Shown: in pieces, positions 1 to 7,305 of the stretch
Numbering within the stretch: the first letter of the stretch is position 1
Layout of the letters: each line of letters starts with the position of its first letter
Source of the DNA: Minisyncoccia bacterium
Lineage (GTDB): Bacteria > Patescibacteriota > Minisyncoccia > SW-4-49-11
Assembly (NCBI GenBank): GCA_044341565.1
Contig: JBIIRM010000003.1
Span: 45,187 to 109,186, forward strand
Direction of reading: 5' to 3'
Length of the DNA stretch: 64,000 nucleotides
The notes under the pieces: model-generated
What the model saw: the letters and a program-made list of their open reading frames with translations, nothing else
Told to the model about the DNA's origin: nothing
Databases searched by the model: none
Made by a program: the position numbers and the translations under genes

Positions 1-2
1 AA

Positions 3-1067
3 GGTGGTCCAGGAACAGGTAAATCAGTTGTAGCTATCAATCTTCTTGTAGAATTAAATCGTCGAGGTAAAATGTCTCAATATGTTACTAAAACATCCGC
101 CCCTCGAGATGTTTATTTTGAAAAACTAAGAGGAGAGAAAAGGATGATTGAATTAAGGTCTTTATTTGTCGGTTCTGGTACTTTTATCAATGCTCCTGAG
201 AATATAATCAACACATTGATAATCGATGAGGCTCACCGTTTAACAGAGAAAACAGGTTTCTTAAAAAGGGGGGATAATCAAATTAAGGAAATTCTAAAAT
301 CTTCCTTGTCTTCAGTATTTTTTATTGATGAAGACCAACGGGTTTCTGTTGCTGACTATGGGGAAATAGGTGTCATAGAAGAGTTAGCTAAAGAGCTTGG
401 AATAACTGTTCATAAGCAGAAACTAGAATCTCAATTTAGATGTAATGGTTCAGATGGCTATTTAGCTTGGGTAGATAATATTCTTCAGATTAAAGAAACC
501 GCAAATTACGATTTAAGTTCTCTTGACTATGAGTTTGATTTTAAAGTATTTGATAATCCGCTAAAGCTACAAGAGGCTATTTACGAGAAAAATGAGATTA
601 ATAATAAAGCTCGTTTAGTAGCAGGTTATTGTTGGAAATGGGTTAGTAAAAACGATCCATCCGCATATGATTTTAAGGAAGAGGAATTTGGCTTCAATAT
701 GCGTTGGAATATGACGGATTATGGAGGTAAGTGGATAATAGACCCTAACTCAGTTTCTGAAATAGGCTGTATACACACAGCTCAAGGACTAGAGGTCGAT
801 TATGTAGGGGTTATTATTGGGAATGATTTAATCGTTAGGGATGGTGAAGTATTAGTCAATCCAAAAGAGAGAGATAGTGGCGATAGAACTATTTTTGGTT
901 GGAAAAAAGGAATTAAAGAAAACCCAGATTACTGGAATCCATTATTGAAAATGATAATAAAAAATACCTATAGAACTTTAATGACAAGAGGAATGAAAGG
1001 GTGCTATATCTATTGTACTGATCCAGAGACACAAGAATATTTTAGAAAATTATTAGAGAGAAAGTAA
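3..1067 (+). CDS. DUF2075-type P-loop NTPase / helicase-like protein, 5'-truncated by the window edge
   Basis: The ORF runs in frame from the window edge (GGPGTGKSVVAINLL = Walker A at nt 3-47). IIDEAHRL is a DEAH-like Walker B. The C-terminal region (AGYCWKWVS...IHTAQGLEVDYVGVIIGNDL...) matches the UvrD_C-like tail typical of the DUF2075 family. Confidence 0.6.
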   Translation, partial: GGPGTGKSVVAINLLVELNRRGKMSQYVTKTSAPRDVYFEKLRGEKRMIELRSLFVGSGTFINAPENIINTLIIDEAHRLTEKTGFLKRGDNQIKEILKSSLSSVFFIDEDQRVSVADYGEIGVIEELAKELGITVHKQKLESQFRCNGSDGYLAWVDNILQIKETANYDLSSLDYEFDFKVFDNPLKLQEAIYEKNEINNKARLVAGYCWKWVSKNDPSAYDFKEEEFGFNMRWNMTDYGGKWIIDPNSVSEIGCIHTAQGLEVDYVGVIIGNDLIVRDGEVLVNPKERDSGDRTIFGWKKGIKENPDYWNPLLKMIIKNTYRTLMTRGMKGCYIYCTDPETQEYFRKLLERK

Positions 1068-1188
1068 AAATATGAATGTGAAGGATGTAAATATAATCAA
1101 CCACATAAACATAAGGGGAAATATGCCAAAATTATGGATTGGGAAAAGGGGAAAGTTATTAGGTTTGTTGATCTCATAAAAAAATAAT

Positions 1189-3066
1189 ATAAAAATTAAA
1201 TCTCTCCAAATCTCAAATATACTTAGCTTCCCCCATGTCGAAAATATAGAAGTTGCTCCAAAAATCATCTTTGATAAAGATTTAAGTATTCTTATTGGTC
1301 AAAATGGTTCAGGAAAATCAACAGTCCTAGAAATAATAAACTTTATTTTTAGGAGAGTGATTTTTATTCCATATAACAGAAATACAGATTTATATACTAA
1401 AAGAAACACAATTAATTCTAATGAAAAGAAGCAAATATTATCACAAATACATAATATTTCATACTATCATGGTTTTCGTCTTGATAGGAATTACGATTTT
1501 GAAAATAATGAACAAAAAATACGAGTTGTTGTTGAGTTGGATAATATTGATTTAGATAATATTGCACATCTTAAAAATAATACAGACCAGTTATCACCAA
1601 TAATTGATATGTATTCGGCTGAGCAAATGTTTGGAGATGGGGTAATACAAGAGGAGTATCAATTAGATATTATCTTAAATAGTACAAATAAAACCTATAT
1701 CGTCGAAACTAATCAAGATATTGGATATACTTATTTAAGAGCATATAATCTATATAAAGAGATGATAGAAATATATAATGAAGAGAACTTTGATGCTCCA
1801 ATCAAAAATTTAGCTGAATCATTTTCATTGATTGGGGGATACAGGAATTATAATTCTTATGCTACTCATGTTTCTCTTGGTGCTGGAGAAACCTCAATAA
1901 AACAAATTCAGGAGATTAGGGTTTCTGAGTCTTCAAGGAGTGCAAATTCTGTAGAAAATACTGAGCCTTCCATTTTTAGTTTAGTTCGATTGAAAATGGC
2001 TGGTCAATGTTTTGACTTAATAGGTACTAATGCAAATCAGCAAGAATGTGAAGCTACTGCAAATAATATGGATTTTATAAGAAGTATCAATGATAAACTC
2101 AAAATTATTAATCTTAGAGTAGAAATTAAGCTTCTTGATTATTCACGCTGGAATTTTACTTTTTCTTTTGTTGATATCAAAAGAGGTAGAGATATTTCTG
2201 ATATAAATGTTTTGAGTGCTGGGCAAAAGGCAATTATTCATTTAATATTTGAGGCGTATGGACGAGGTTATTTACAAGGTGGGTTAGTGATTATCGATGA
2301 GCCTGAAATACATTTACATTATCAGTTTCAAAGTGAATATATTCGTGTGATAGAGAAATTAAACAGCGAACAGGATTGTCAGTACATCTTAGTTACGCAT
2401 TCTGAATCTCTCATAAATTCGGAGACTATAGATAATGTTGTACGCTTATCTCTGGATGAAAAGGGTTATACTAAAGTTAATCAACCAGTCATTAAAACTG
2501 ATCAAAAATGGCTTGTTAAGATTTTAGATAATATGCGTTCTACTCACGCATTTTTTGGAAGTAAGATTTTATTGGTAGAAGGAGAAACAGATCGTTATTT
2601 TTTCCGTGAGGTTCTAGGAGAGATAGAGGAGAAGTTAGGGAAAGGATTAATTCAAGATATAACTATATTATCTGTTGATAGTAAAAATAATTTTACAGAG
2701 TGGAAAAACTTATTCAGTACCTTTGGGCTAAAAGCTTTTTGTATTGGTGATTTAGATTATGCATTTATTTTTTATCCTAAGGAGAAACAAAGTAAGATTA
2801 AAAACTTAAAACAAGTTACCGAGTTTTTAAATGATCATCCAGACGTTATTTCAAAGATAGAAGGAGAGTATCAAAATGGAACATATATTTTAAAAGAGGG
2901 GGATTTAGAGATGTATTTAAATATTAAAAAAGATCTTAGTAACGTAATATATTTTTGTCAGAACAATCTCAAAACATATCTTGCAGATAGTAAAAACTCC
3001 AAAGTACAAGAATTGAAAAGAATTATGGCTTGTATTACGGGTGAGAATGAAGCTGATTTGTGGTGA
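1189..3066 (+). CDS. OLD-family ATP-dependent endonuclease (ABC-type ATPase head + C-terminal Toprim)
   Basis: Walker A GQNGSGKST lies at 1303-1329, upstream of the GTG at 1357 called by the ORF track. The ABC signature is LSAGQK, Walker B is LVIIDEPEIHLH and the H-loop is ILVTHSE. The Toprim motifs are LLVEGETD and CIGDLD. The in-frame reading has no ATG/GTG/TTG between the TAA at 1177-1179 and the Walker A, so the placed start (ATA 1189, which would give MKIKSLQISNILSF) is provisional. Confidence 0.75.
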   Translation: MKIKSLQISNILSFPHVENIEVAPKIIFDKDLSILIGQNGSGKSTVLEIINFIFRRVIFIPYNRNTDLYTKRNTINSNEKKQILSQIHNISYYHGFRLDRNYDFENNEQKIRVVVELDNIDLDNIAHLKNNTDQLSPIIDMYSAEQMFGDGVIQEEYQLDIILNSTNKTYIVETNQDIGYTYLRAYNLYKEMIEIYNEENFDAPIKNLAESFSLIGGYRNYNSYATHVSLGAGETSIKQIQEIRVSESSRSANSVENTEPSIFSLVRLKMAGQCFDLIGTNANQQECEATANNMDFIRSINDKLKIINLRVEIKLLDYSRWNFTFSFVDIKRGRDISDINVLSAGQKAIIHLIFEAYGRGYLQGGLVIIDEPEIHLHYQFQSEYIRVIEKLNSEQDCQYILVTHSESLINSETIDNVVRLSLDEKGYTKVNQPVIKTDQKWLVKILDNMRSTHAFFGSKILLVEGETDRYFFREVLGEIEEKLGKGLIQDITILSVDSKNNFTEWKNLFSTFGLKAFCIGDLDYAFIFYPKEKQSKIKNLKQVTEFLNDHPDVISKIEGEYQNGTYILKEGDLEMYLNIKKDLSNVIYFCQNNLKTYLADSKNSKVQELKRIMACITGENEADLW

Positions 3067-3118
3067 AGTATGGAATCGCCTTATATAGATGCTATAATAA
3101 ATCTATAAACAATAATCT

Positions 3119-3358
3119 ATGAAACTCTTTCGTTATCGTAAACCATCTCTCAAAACATTACTTGGAGTGACAAAGCTGAAGCGTAGGATAAAGAAGGCTA
3201 CGGGAATTTCTGCTATTCAATCTCTCAGTCCTTCTCGAGTTAAGCAAAAAATAAAATACAATATAGGGTATAATAAACCTATTTTTAAACATACCAGAGA
3301 ACTGAGCAAGGGCAAAGTCCCAAGTTTATTCGGCTGGTTTTCAAAATTATTTAAGTAA
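3119..3358 (+). CDS. small basic hypothetical protein (79 aa, Lys/Arg-rich)
   Basis: The ORF lies immediately downstream of the OLD gene on the same strand. No recognisable domain. Confidence 0.3.
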   Translation: MKLFRYRKPSLKTLLGVTKLKRRIKKATGISAIQSLSPSRVKQKIKYNIGYNKPIFKHTRELSKGKVPSLFGWFSKLFK

Positions 3359-3387
3359 TAAAAAAAATCCCCCGGCTAGGCGGGGGT
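3358..3387 (-). terminator. GC hairpin (CCCCCG...CGGGGG) with an A-run on the plus strand, i.e. a T-run on the minus strand
   Basis: Seen in sequence at 3369-3386 with A10 at 3358-3367. Orientation fits a minus-strand transcript arriving from the right (ORF 3457..3741). Confidence 0.45.
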
Positions 3388-3456
3388 GGGGGAGATGTTG
3401 ATTGACTTCAGATTTCCCCTGTGAGTTGCAGCACGAGAATGCGCTGCTTCTCCCGC

Positions 3457-3741
3457 TCAGGGGGGGAGAGGATGTTTTTGTCCTTCATGAACAAAGAATC
3501 CGTCCTCTATTCCTTCTTGGAGCAAGCTGTCTGCCAACTTCTGCTGGCTGAATGTGAGTCGACTGAGGTTGGGCTTCTGGTTTGCCAAACGGCGGAGAGC
3601 ATCTTGCATCCCCGAAGAATAAACACCCATGATGCAGTTGCAATTTGCTAAGACAACATAGCATATTTTATCAATTTTGTCAATAGGTAATAACTGAAAA
3701 TTCCTTATATCAAAAAGCAAAATCCAATTAAATTCACTCAA
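3457..3741 (-). CDS. hypothetical protein (94 aa) in a GC-richer segment
   Basis: The ORF ends just upstream of the minus-oriented terminator hairpin. No domain recognised, and the competing plus-strand ORF 3421..3651 overlaps it. Confidence 0.25.
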   Translation of the reverse strand: MSEFNWILLFDIRNFQLLPIDKIDKICYVVLANCNCIMGVYSSGMQDALRRLANQKPNLSRLTFSQQKLADSLLQEGIEDGFFVHEGQKHPLPP

Positions 3742-3782
3742 AGCCTGGTTAAGCGGCTGACCGCAAGACTATTTTCGAGCAA

Positions 3783-4184
3783 ATGCTCCTCGCTACAGGG
3801 AAGTATACCGTTCTAAAAGGGGGGTATGAGCATACTATGCCCTTGGTTGCTCAGATTTCTCGGGAGTTAGAAGAGGATAAGGTTCTGGAAGGAGTAAGAA
3901 AATCTCCTGATTTTATCCTTATTAATAAAAAGCATCCACATGTTGATTTTATTGAAGTAAAATATCATAAAGATAGAAACTCGACTTATATTCTGGAAGA
4001 TACTCAGGAAATTCACGCATTCTGGCCGCATGCAAAATTATTTGTTGCAACACGAGAAGGATTCTTCCTGGATACCTGTTCTGACATTATTAAATATCAC
4101 AATATTCAGCCCTTCTCAGACCATATTGTGTCATCAGAGCTACAAGAAGATTATCTAAAGATTTTGAAGAAGTTTTTGAGGTAA
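3783..4184 (+). CDS. hypothetical protein with PD-(D/E)xK-like motif (candidate nuclease fold)
   Basis: SPDFILINKKHPHVDFIEVKY gives PD ... D-x-E-V-K spacing typical of the PD-(D/E)xK restriction-endonuclease-like core. The assignment rests on the motif only. Confidence 0.35.
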   Translation: MLLATGKYTVLKGGYEHTMPLVAQISRELEEDKVLEGVRKSPDFILINKKHPHVDFIEVKYHKDRNSTYILEDTQEIHAFWPHAKLFVATREGFFLDTCSDIIKYHNIQPFSDHIVSSELQEDYLKILKKFLR

Positions 4185-4265
4185 GAAAAAGCAAGTAATA
4201 AAAACGTTGAGTTCAAGTAATATCAGAAGAAGTATGATAGTATATAAGATAGAATATTATATACT

Positions 4266-5192
4266 ATGAGTGAGGATATTATTGATACTAAAAAATTAGA
4301 GAGGCTAAAGGCTCGGGTGAGTACTATTGGAAATCTGATAGGTATTGTTGGGTGGTTGAGTGTGCTGGTGATGACTCCGATATATGTATATTTGGGGTAT
4401 AAAGACAATATATTTACTGGTTTTGTTGGGATTACGGATATTGTATTAAGTATTTTATTGTCCAGTGTTTTTATTATTCTTGGAGCTCGTATTCGAGATG
4501 GGGTGGATATGAATATCAAGAAGTATGTGCAGGTCCTGATAACTATATTGATCTGTATATTAATATTATATTGGTTGGCTGAGAGTTTAGGAGGTGTCAT
4601 TATGTGGCTGGGTATAGGCTTACTTGTGTTTTTGATATGTTCTTGGTTTATAGTTGGTAATATAGTTAAGAAAAAAGAATTTGCAAAAACTCTTTCTAAA
4701 CCTGTATATAAGTATTTTGATAAGAAGGGTTGGATTATATTTGTGTTATCTAGTGTGATTTTGATGACCGGGGCTGTGTTTATTGATCTGACATTAGATG
4801 ATGAGATGTATTGGGACTCATTGTCAGAAGAGGAGTATAGTGAAGAGACAGATAATAAGCTTGCTGCTATGGTGGCGATATTAAATGATAGACCTTTTCC
4901 GAGTAAATTGAGTGATAACATTACTCTGTTAGGAATTAAGGAGCAGCAATCTGGTTCTATTCAATATACATATGAAATACAAAATATAGATTCGAGTCAA
5001 TTATCTACGGAATTCCTTAAGGATTTAATGGTTCAAGAGTACTGTAGTAGTGAATTTTTTAATTATATTCTAGACCAAGAGATAGATATTGCGCATTCAT
5101 TTACAACGGAGAAAGGTGAGAATTATTTTGTTACTCTTGATTTTAGTAGTTGTAAATCTTCTTCATCTAATCTTCTATACAAATCCATATAA
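4266..5192 (+). CDS. membrane protein (4 predicted TM helices) with acidic soluble C-terminal domain
   Basis: Hydrophobic stretches (IGIVGWLSVLVMTPIYVYL etc.) with coding-like composition. The overlapping minus ORF 4223..4921 is low-complexity and is rejected. Confidence 0.5.
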   Translation: MSEDIIDTKKLERLKARVSTIGNLIGIVGWLSVLVMTPIYVYLGYKDNIFTGFVGITDIVLSILLSSVFIILGARIRDGVDMNIKKYVQVLITILICILILYWLAESLGGVIMWLGIGLLVFLICSWFIVGNIVKKKEFAKTLSKPVYKYFDKKGWIIFVLSSVILMTGAVFIDLTLDDEMYWDSLSEEEYSEETDNKLAAMVAILNDRPFPSKLSDNITLLGIKEQQSGSIQYTYEIQNIDSSQLSTEFLKDLMVQEYCSSEFFNYILDQEIDIAHSFTTEKGENYFVTLDFSSCKSSSSNLLYKSI

Positions 5193-5203
5193 ATTGGTAT
5201 AAT

Positions 5204-5647
5204 ATGGGATATATGAATGCTGAGATGGCTATACAAATTAATCAATGGATAGATAGATTTCATAATCCTAGTTATTGGATTATATTTTGGGTTATTGCCT
5301 TGTATATCCTATTAGAATATACGATTTTACCCACAAAGAAAATCCTATTGAATACGGTATATAGTCGTATAGTCTTATATACTAAATTTGGTCTTCTCCT
5401 CTTTACCTTTTCTATTGCCTTATCTCAAAGTGTATTGGGTGGTTGTGCTATTCAGTTAATTCAGAATTATCTGGCGGTCAATTATCTAGACAGAGAATAT
5501 TGGTATCCTTTTGGTTTGGTATTCCGTGAGCAATTAGCTCCTCAATTTTGGATTTGGCTCAGATTATTATATGGGGTGCTTACTATAGGATATGGATTCT
5601 GGATTTATCGGTATTATCGTTTTGTGAAAGGAAAGGTGGGGGAGTAG
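5204..5647 (+). CDS. small membrane protein (3-4 TM)
   Basis: Hydrophobic ORF, Trp/Tyr-rich, immediately after the previous membrane protein. Confidence 0.45.
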   Translation: MGYMNAEMAIQINQWIDRFHNPSYWIIFWVIALYILLEYTILPTKKILLNTVYSRIVLYTKFGLLLFTFSIALSQSVLGGCAIQLIQNYLAVNYLDREYWYPFGLVFREQLAPQFWIWLRLLYGVLTIGYGFWIYRYYRFVKGKVGE

Positions 5648-5653
5648 AAAACT

Positions 5654-5697
5654 GTCCACACCCACCACTGACGTGGTCCCCCCTCGCCAGCGAGGGG
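5654..5697 (+). repeat. GC-rich double-hairpin dispersed repeat, copy 1 (GTCCACACCCACCACT..GTGGTCCCCCCTCGCCAGCGAGGGG)
   Basis: A near-identical copy lies at 12888-12930 and an inverted copy at 62290-62334. Each copy contains two hairpins (ACCAC..GTGGT and CCCTCGC..GCGAGGG). Confidence 0.8.
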
Positions 5698-5791
5698 CAA
5701 AGATGGGTGTCGTATATATTAAACTACTGACAATCTTTGACAAAAGATACTGTTTTTGATACTATTAGCTAGACCTTAAAAGGTGTACTTT

Positions 5792-6391
5792 ATGATTCGT
5801 CCTCTTGCAGCCCTTGGTGCTGCAATGCTTCTCACTACTGCTTGTGCCTCGGCTCCAACCAAGATATCTGCAGCGCCTGTTCAAACGCCTTCTTTTCTGA
5901 GGGCTGTGGGGACGGGTGAGAGCAATCGCTTCGGCAATCCTCTTATTCGAGTGGAGATGTACGCTGAGGGTCAGCTTCAAGGCTCTGTATTGGCTGTTTC
6001 TGGAAGAGCTCACACTCAAAACAGGAATAGGCATATTGCAGGGACAGAGGCTCCTTTGCCAGATGGTCTCTATACGGTGGATAATCAGGTTTATCCTTCC
6101 ACCAATCCACAGACTGCTGGTCAATTCCTCCCGATTTGGCCACAATTCCCAACTGGGCGTACTGAGCTTGGATTCCATCTGGATCCTAGCTACAATATTG
6201 ACCCAAAAGAGGATGGTACTCAAGGCTGTATTGGTTTCACCACTGCAGCAGATAGAGCCAAGCTATTCGGTTGGATTTCTAAGCATAAACCACGCTATCT
6301 CGAGGTGAATCTCTCATGGAAAATTCCTCCCGCCAAGTCGCTATCGGCCTTGGGGCTTTTGCCCTCTCGCTGGCATCAGTACCGGCATTGA
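5792..6391 (+). CDS. secreted protein, divergent YkuD-like (L,D-transpeptidase-fold) candidate
   Basis: ATG at 5792 with SD AAAAGG upstream, signal peptide MIRPLAALGAAMLLTTACASAP. Motif FHLD-x13-TQGCIG parallels the YkuD H-x(14-17)-[ST]HGC[IV] spacing with His replaced by Gln. GC is ~53% against the AT-rich backbone. Confidence 0.4.
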   Translation: MIRPLAALGAAMLLTTACASAPTKISAAPVQTPSFLRAVGTGESNRFGNPLIRVEMYAEGQLQGSVLAVSGRAHTQNRNRHIAGTEAPLPDGLYTVDNQVYPSTNPQTAGQFLPIWPQFPTGRTELGFHLDPSYNIDPKEDGTQGCIGFTTAADRAKLFGWISKHKPRYLEVNLSWKIPPAKSLSALGLLPSRWHQYRH

Positions 6392-6633
6392 GTCAAGTTG
6401 GTCCAGGTTATGTTCCGGTGATTCGGGCTTATGTCTGCGTCTGGGATGCATCTACCACACTCAATCTCCGCGCCGGCCCTAGCCGAGCTACCAGAGCAAT
6501 TGGGAGTCTCTGGCATGGTACTCCTGTTCAAATCATCAATCGCTTTGTGGCGAGCGATGGAATGTACTGGAATTTCGTCCGGGTCAATGGTGGCTCTGGT
6601 TATGTGCGTGATGATTATGTCTGTATCGGCTGA
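6316..6633 (+). CDS. secreted bacterial SH3 (SH3b)-domain protein
   Basis: Signal peptide MENSSRQVAIGLGAFALSLASVPALSQ, SD GAGGTGA 9 nt upstream. LNLRAGPSRATRAIGSLWHGTPVQIIN..DGMYWNFVRVNGGSGYVRDDYV matches the SH3_3 pattern. The ORF overlaps the previous one by 76 nt in another frame. Confidence 0.6.
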   Translation: MENSSRQVAIGLGAFALSLASVPALSQVGPGYVPVIRAYVCVWDASTTLNLRAGPSRATRAIGSLWHGTPVQIINRFVASDGMYWNFVRVNGGSGYVRDDYVCIG

Positions 6634-6663
6634 GGATTCTCCTTTTGCTACCGATTACAATAT

Positions 6664-6695
6664 CTCCCTGCCTTGCGTAGGGAGATTTTTATTTT
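6664..6695 (+). terminator. intrinsic terminator (CTCCCTGCCTTGCGTAGGGAG + TTTTTATTTT)
   Basis: Perfect 7-bp stem followed by a T-run, 30 nt after the stop of the SH3b gene. Confidence 0.7.
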
Positions 6696-6713
6696 GTAAG
6701 AAAAACTCCCCCC

Positions 6714-7031
6714 TCAAAGAGGGGGGAGAGAGAAAGCTTGGGGTTGAGATTTGTTGCAGGAGACTTGTCCTCCATCAAGGAGTCCAAGTACTAGACCTGT
6801 AGCTTTTGTATCGGGGTATTTCTTCAAATACCAAGAGGGAATTTTATTTCCCTCAAAAACCGCTGTGACCTCTACAGTTCCCCCTGTGGGGGTGTTGTAT
6901 TGGCAGTATCTTTGTTGCTCCCACTCAACGCGTGAGGAGCGAGTACCCACCCATGCATTGGGTGTGGCTGTGGCGGGGGAAGAAAAGGCTACAATGAGCA
7001 AAAGAGCCTTGAAAATGTGAGAAATGGACAT
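6714..7031 (-). CDS. small secreted hypothetical protein (105 aa)
   Basis: N-terminal signal-like MSISHIFKALLLIVAFSSPATA. The stop lies inside the minus-oriented hairpin 6706-6728 (CTCCCCCCTC..GAGGGGGGAG), which carries an A-run on plus = T-run on minus. Confidence 0.35.
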   Translation of the reverse strand: MSISHIFKALLLIVAFSSPATATPNAWVGTRSSRVEWEQQRYCQYNTPTGGTVEVTAVFEGNKIPSWYLKKYPDTKATGLVLGLLDGGQVSCNKSQPQAFSLPPL

Positions 7032-7100
7032 AATGTCAAAAATTGACGGTTCTGCTGGAATATAGCATATTTTAGCTATTTTGTAAAGGGGTTATAACAT

Positions 7101-7290
7101 AAAAGAAAAAGCCCCCCTCGTCGTAAATGGGATTTACTCCTGGGAAACCTCTCGGTGTTCCAACCTTCCTCCACGGGAAAACTCCCGTTTCCCCGACCCC
7201 TTTCCCAGACTATCTTGAGGTGGAATTTTTATACCGTTTAGAAATAACTGAGAATTGATAAAAAAAACCACCTCAGGATAGAGGTGGATA
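7101..7290 (+). repeat. ~160-190 bp intergenic repeat, copy 1 (second copy at 8752-8915)
   Basis: AAAGCCC(C/G)CCTCGTCGTAAATGGGATTTACTCCTGGGAAACCT(C/T)TCGGTGT(T/C)CCAACC ... CTTGAGGTG.A.TTTTTATAC.G.TTAGAAATAACT.AGAATTGATAA.AAAAAAC is shared by both copies. Copy 1 carries a ~30 nt insertion (TTCCTCCACGGGAAAACTCCCGTTTCCCCGA). Both copies sit in the 5' upstream region of minus-strand genes, in the same relative orientation. Confidence 0.75.
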
Positions 7291-7305
7291 TTGTGGGGAG
7301 GTGAG

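Noticed and set aside
1053-1268. 71-aa minus-strand ORF in the DUF2075/OLD intergenic region
   Set aside because: Low-complexity, Phe/Ile-rich, antisense to the true OLD N-terminus. Typical AT-rich spurious ORF.
3421-3651. 76-aa plus-strand ORF in the GC-rich segment after the OLD module
   Set aside because: It overlaps the minus-strand ORF 3457..3741, which is better positioned relative to the minus-oriented terminator. Neither has domain support; only the minus ORF is listed, at low confidence.
4223-4921. 232-aa minus-strand ORF
   Set aside because: Fully antisense to a well-formed membrane-protein gene. Ser/Ile/Asn low-complexity composition.
5548-5730. 60-aa ORF (..ENCPHPPLTWSPLASEGQRW..) and the similar 73-aa minus ORF at 62148-62369 (..TPTTLWSPLASEGQYVKK..)
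   Set aside because: Both are translations of the same GC-rich dispersed repeat in two orientations. The shared peptide is an artefact of the repeat, not a conserved protein.
5765-6391. Alternative frames over the YkuD-like gene (5765..6223 minus, 5916..6308 plus, 5943..6152 minus)
   Set aside because: GC-rich DNA yields long ORFs in many frames. Only the frame with signal peptide, SD and domain motif was kept.
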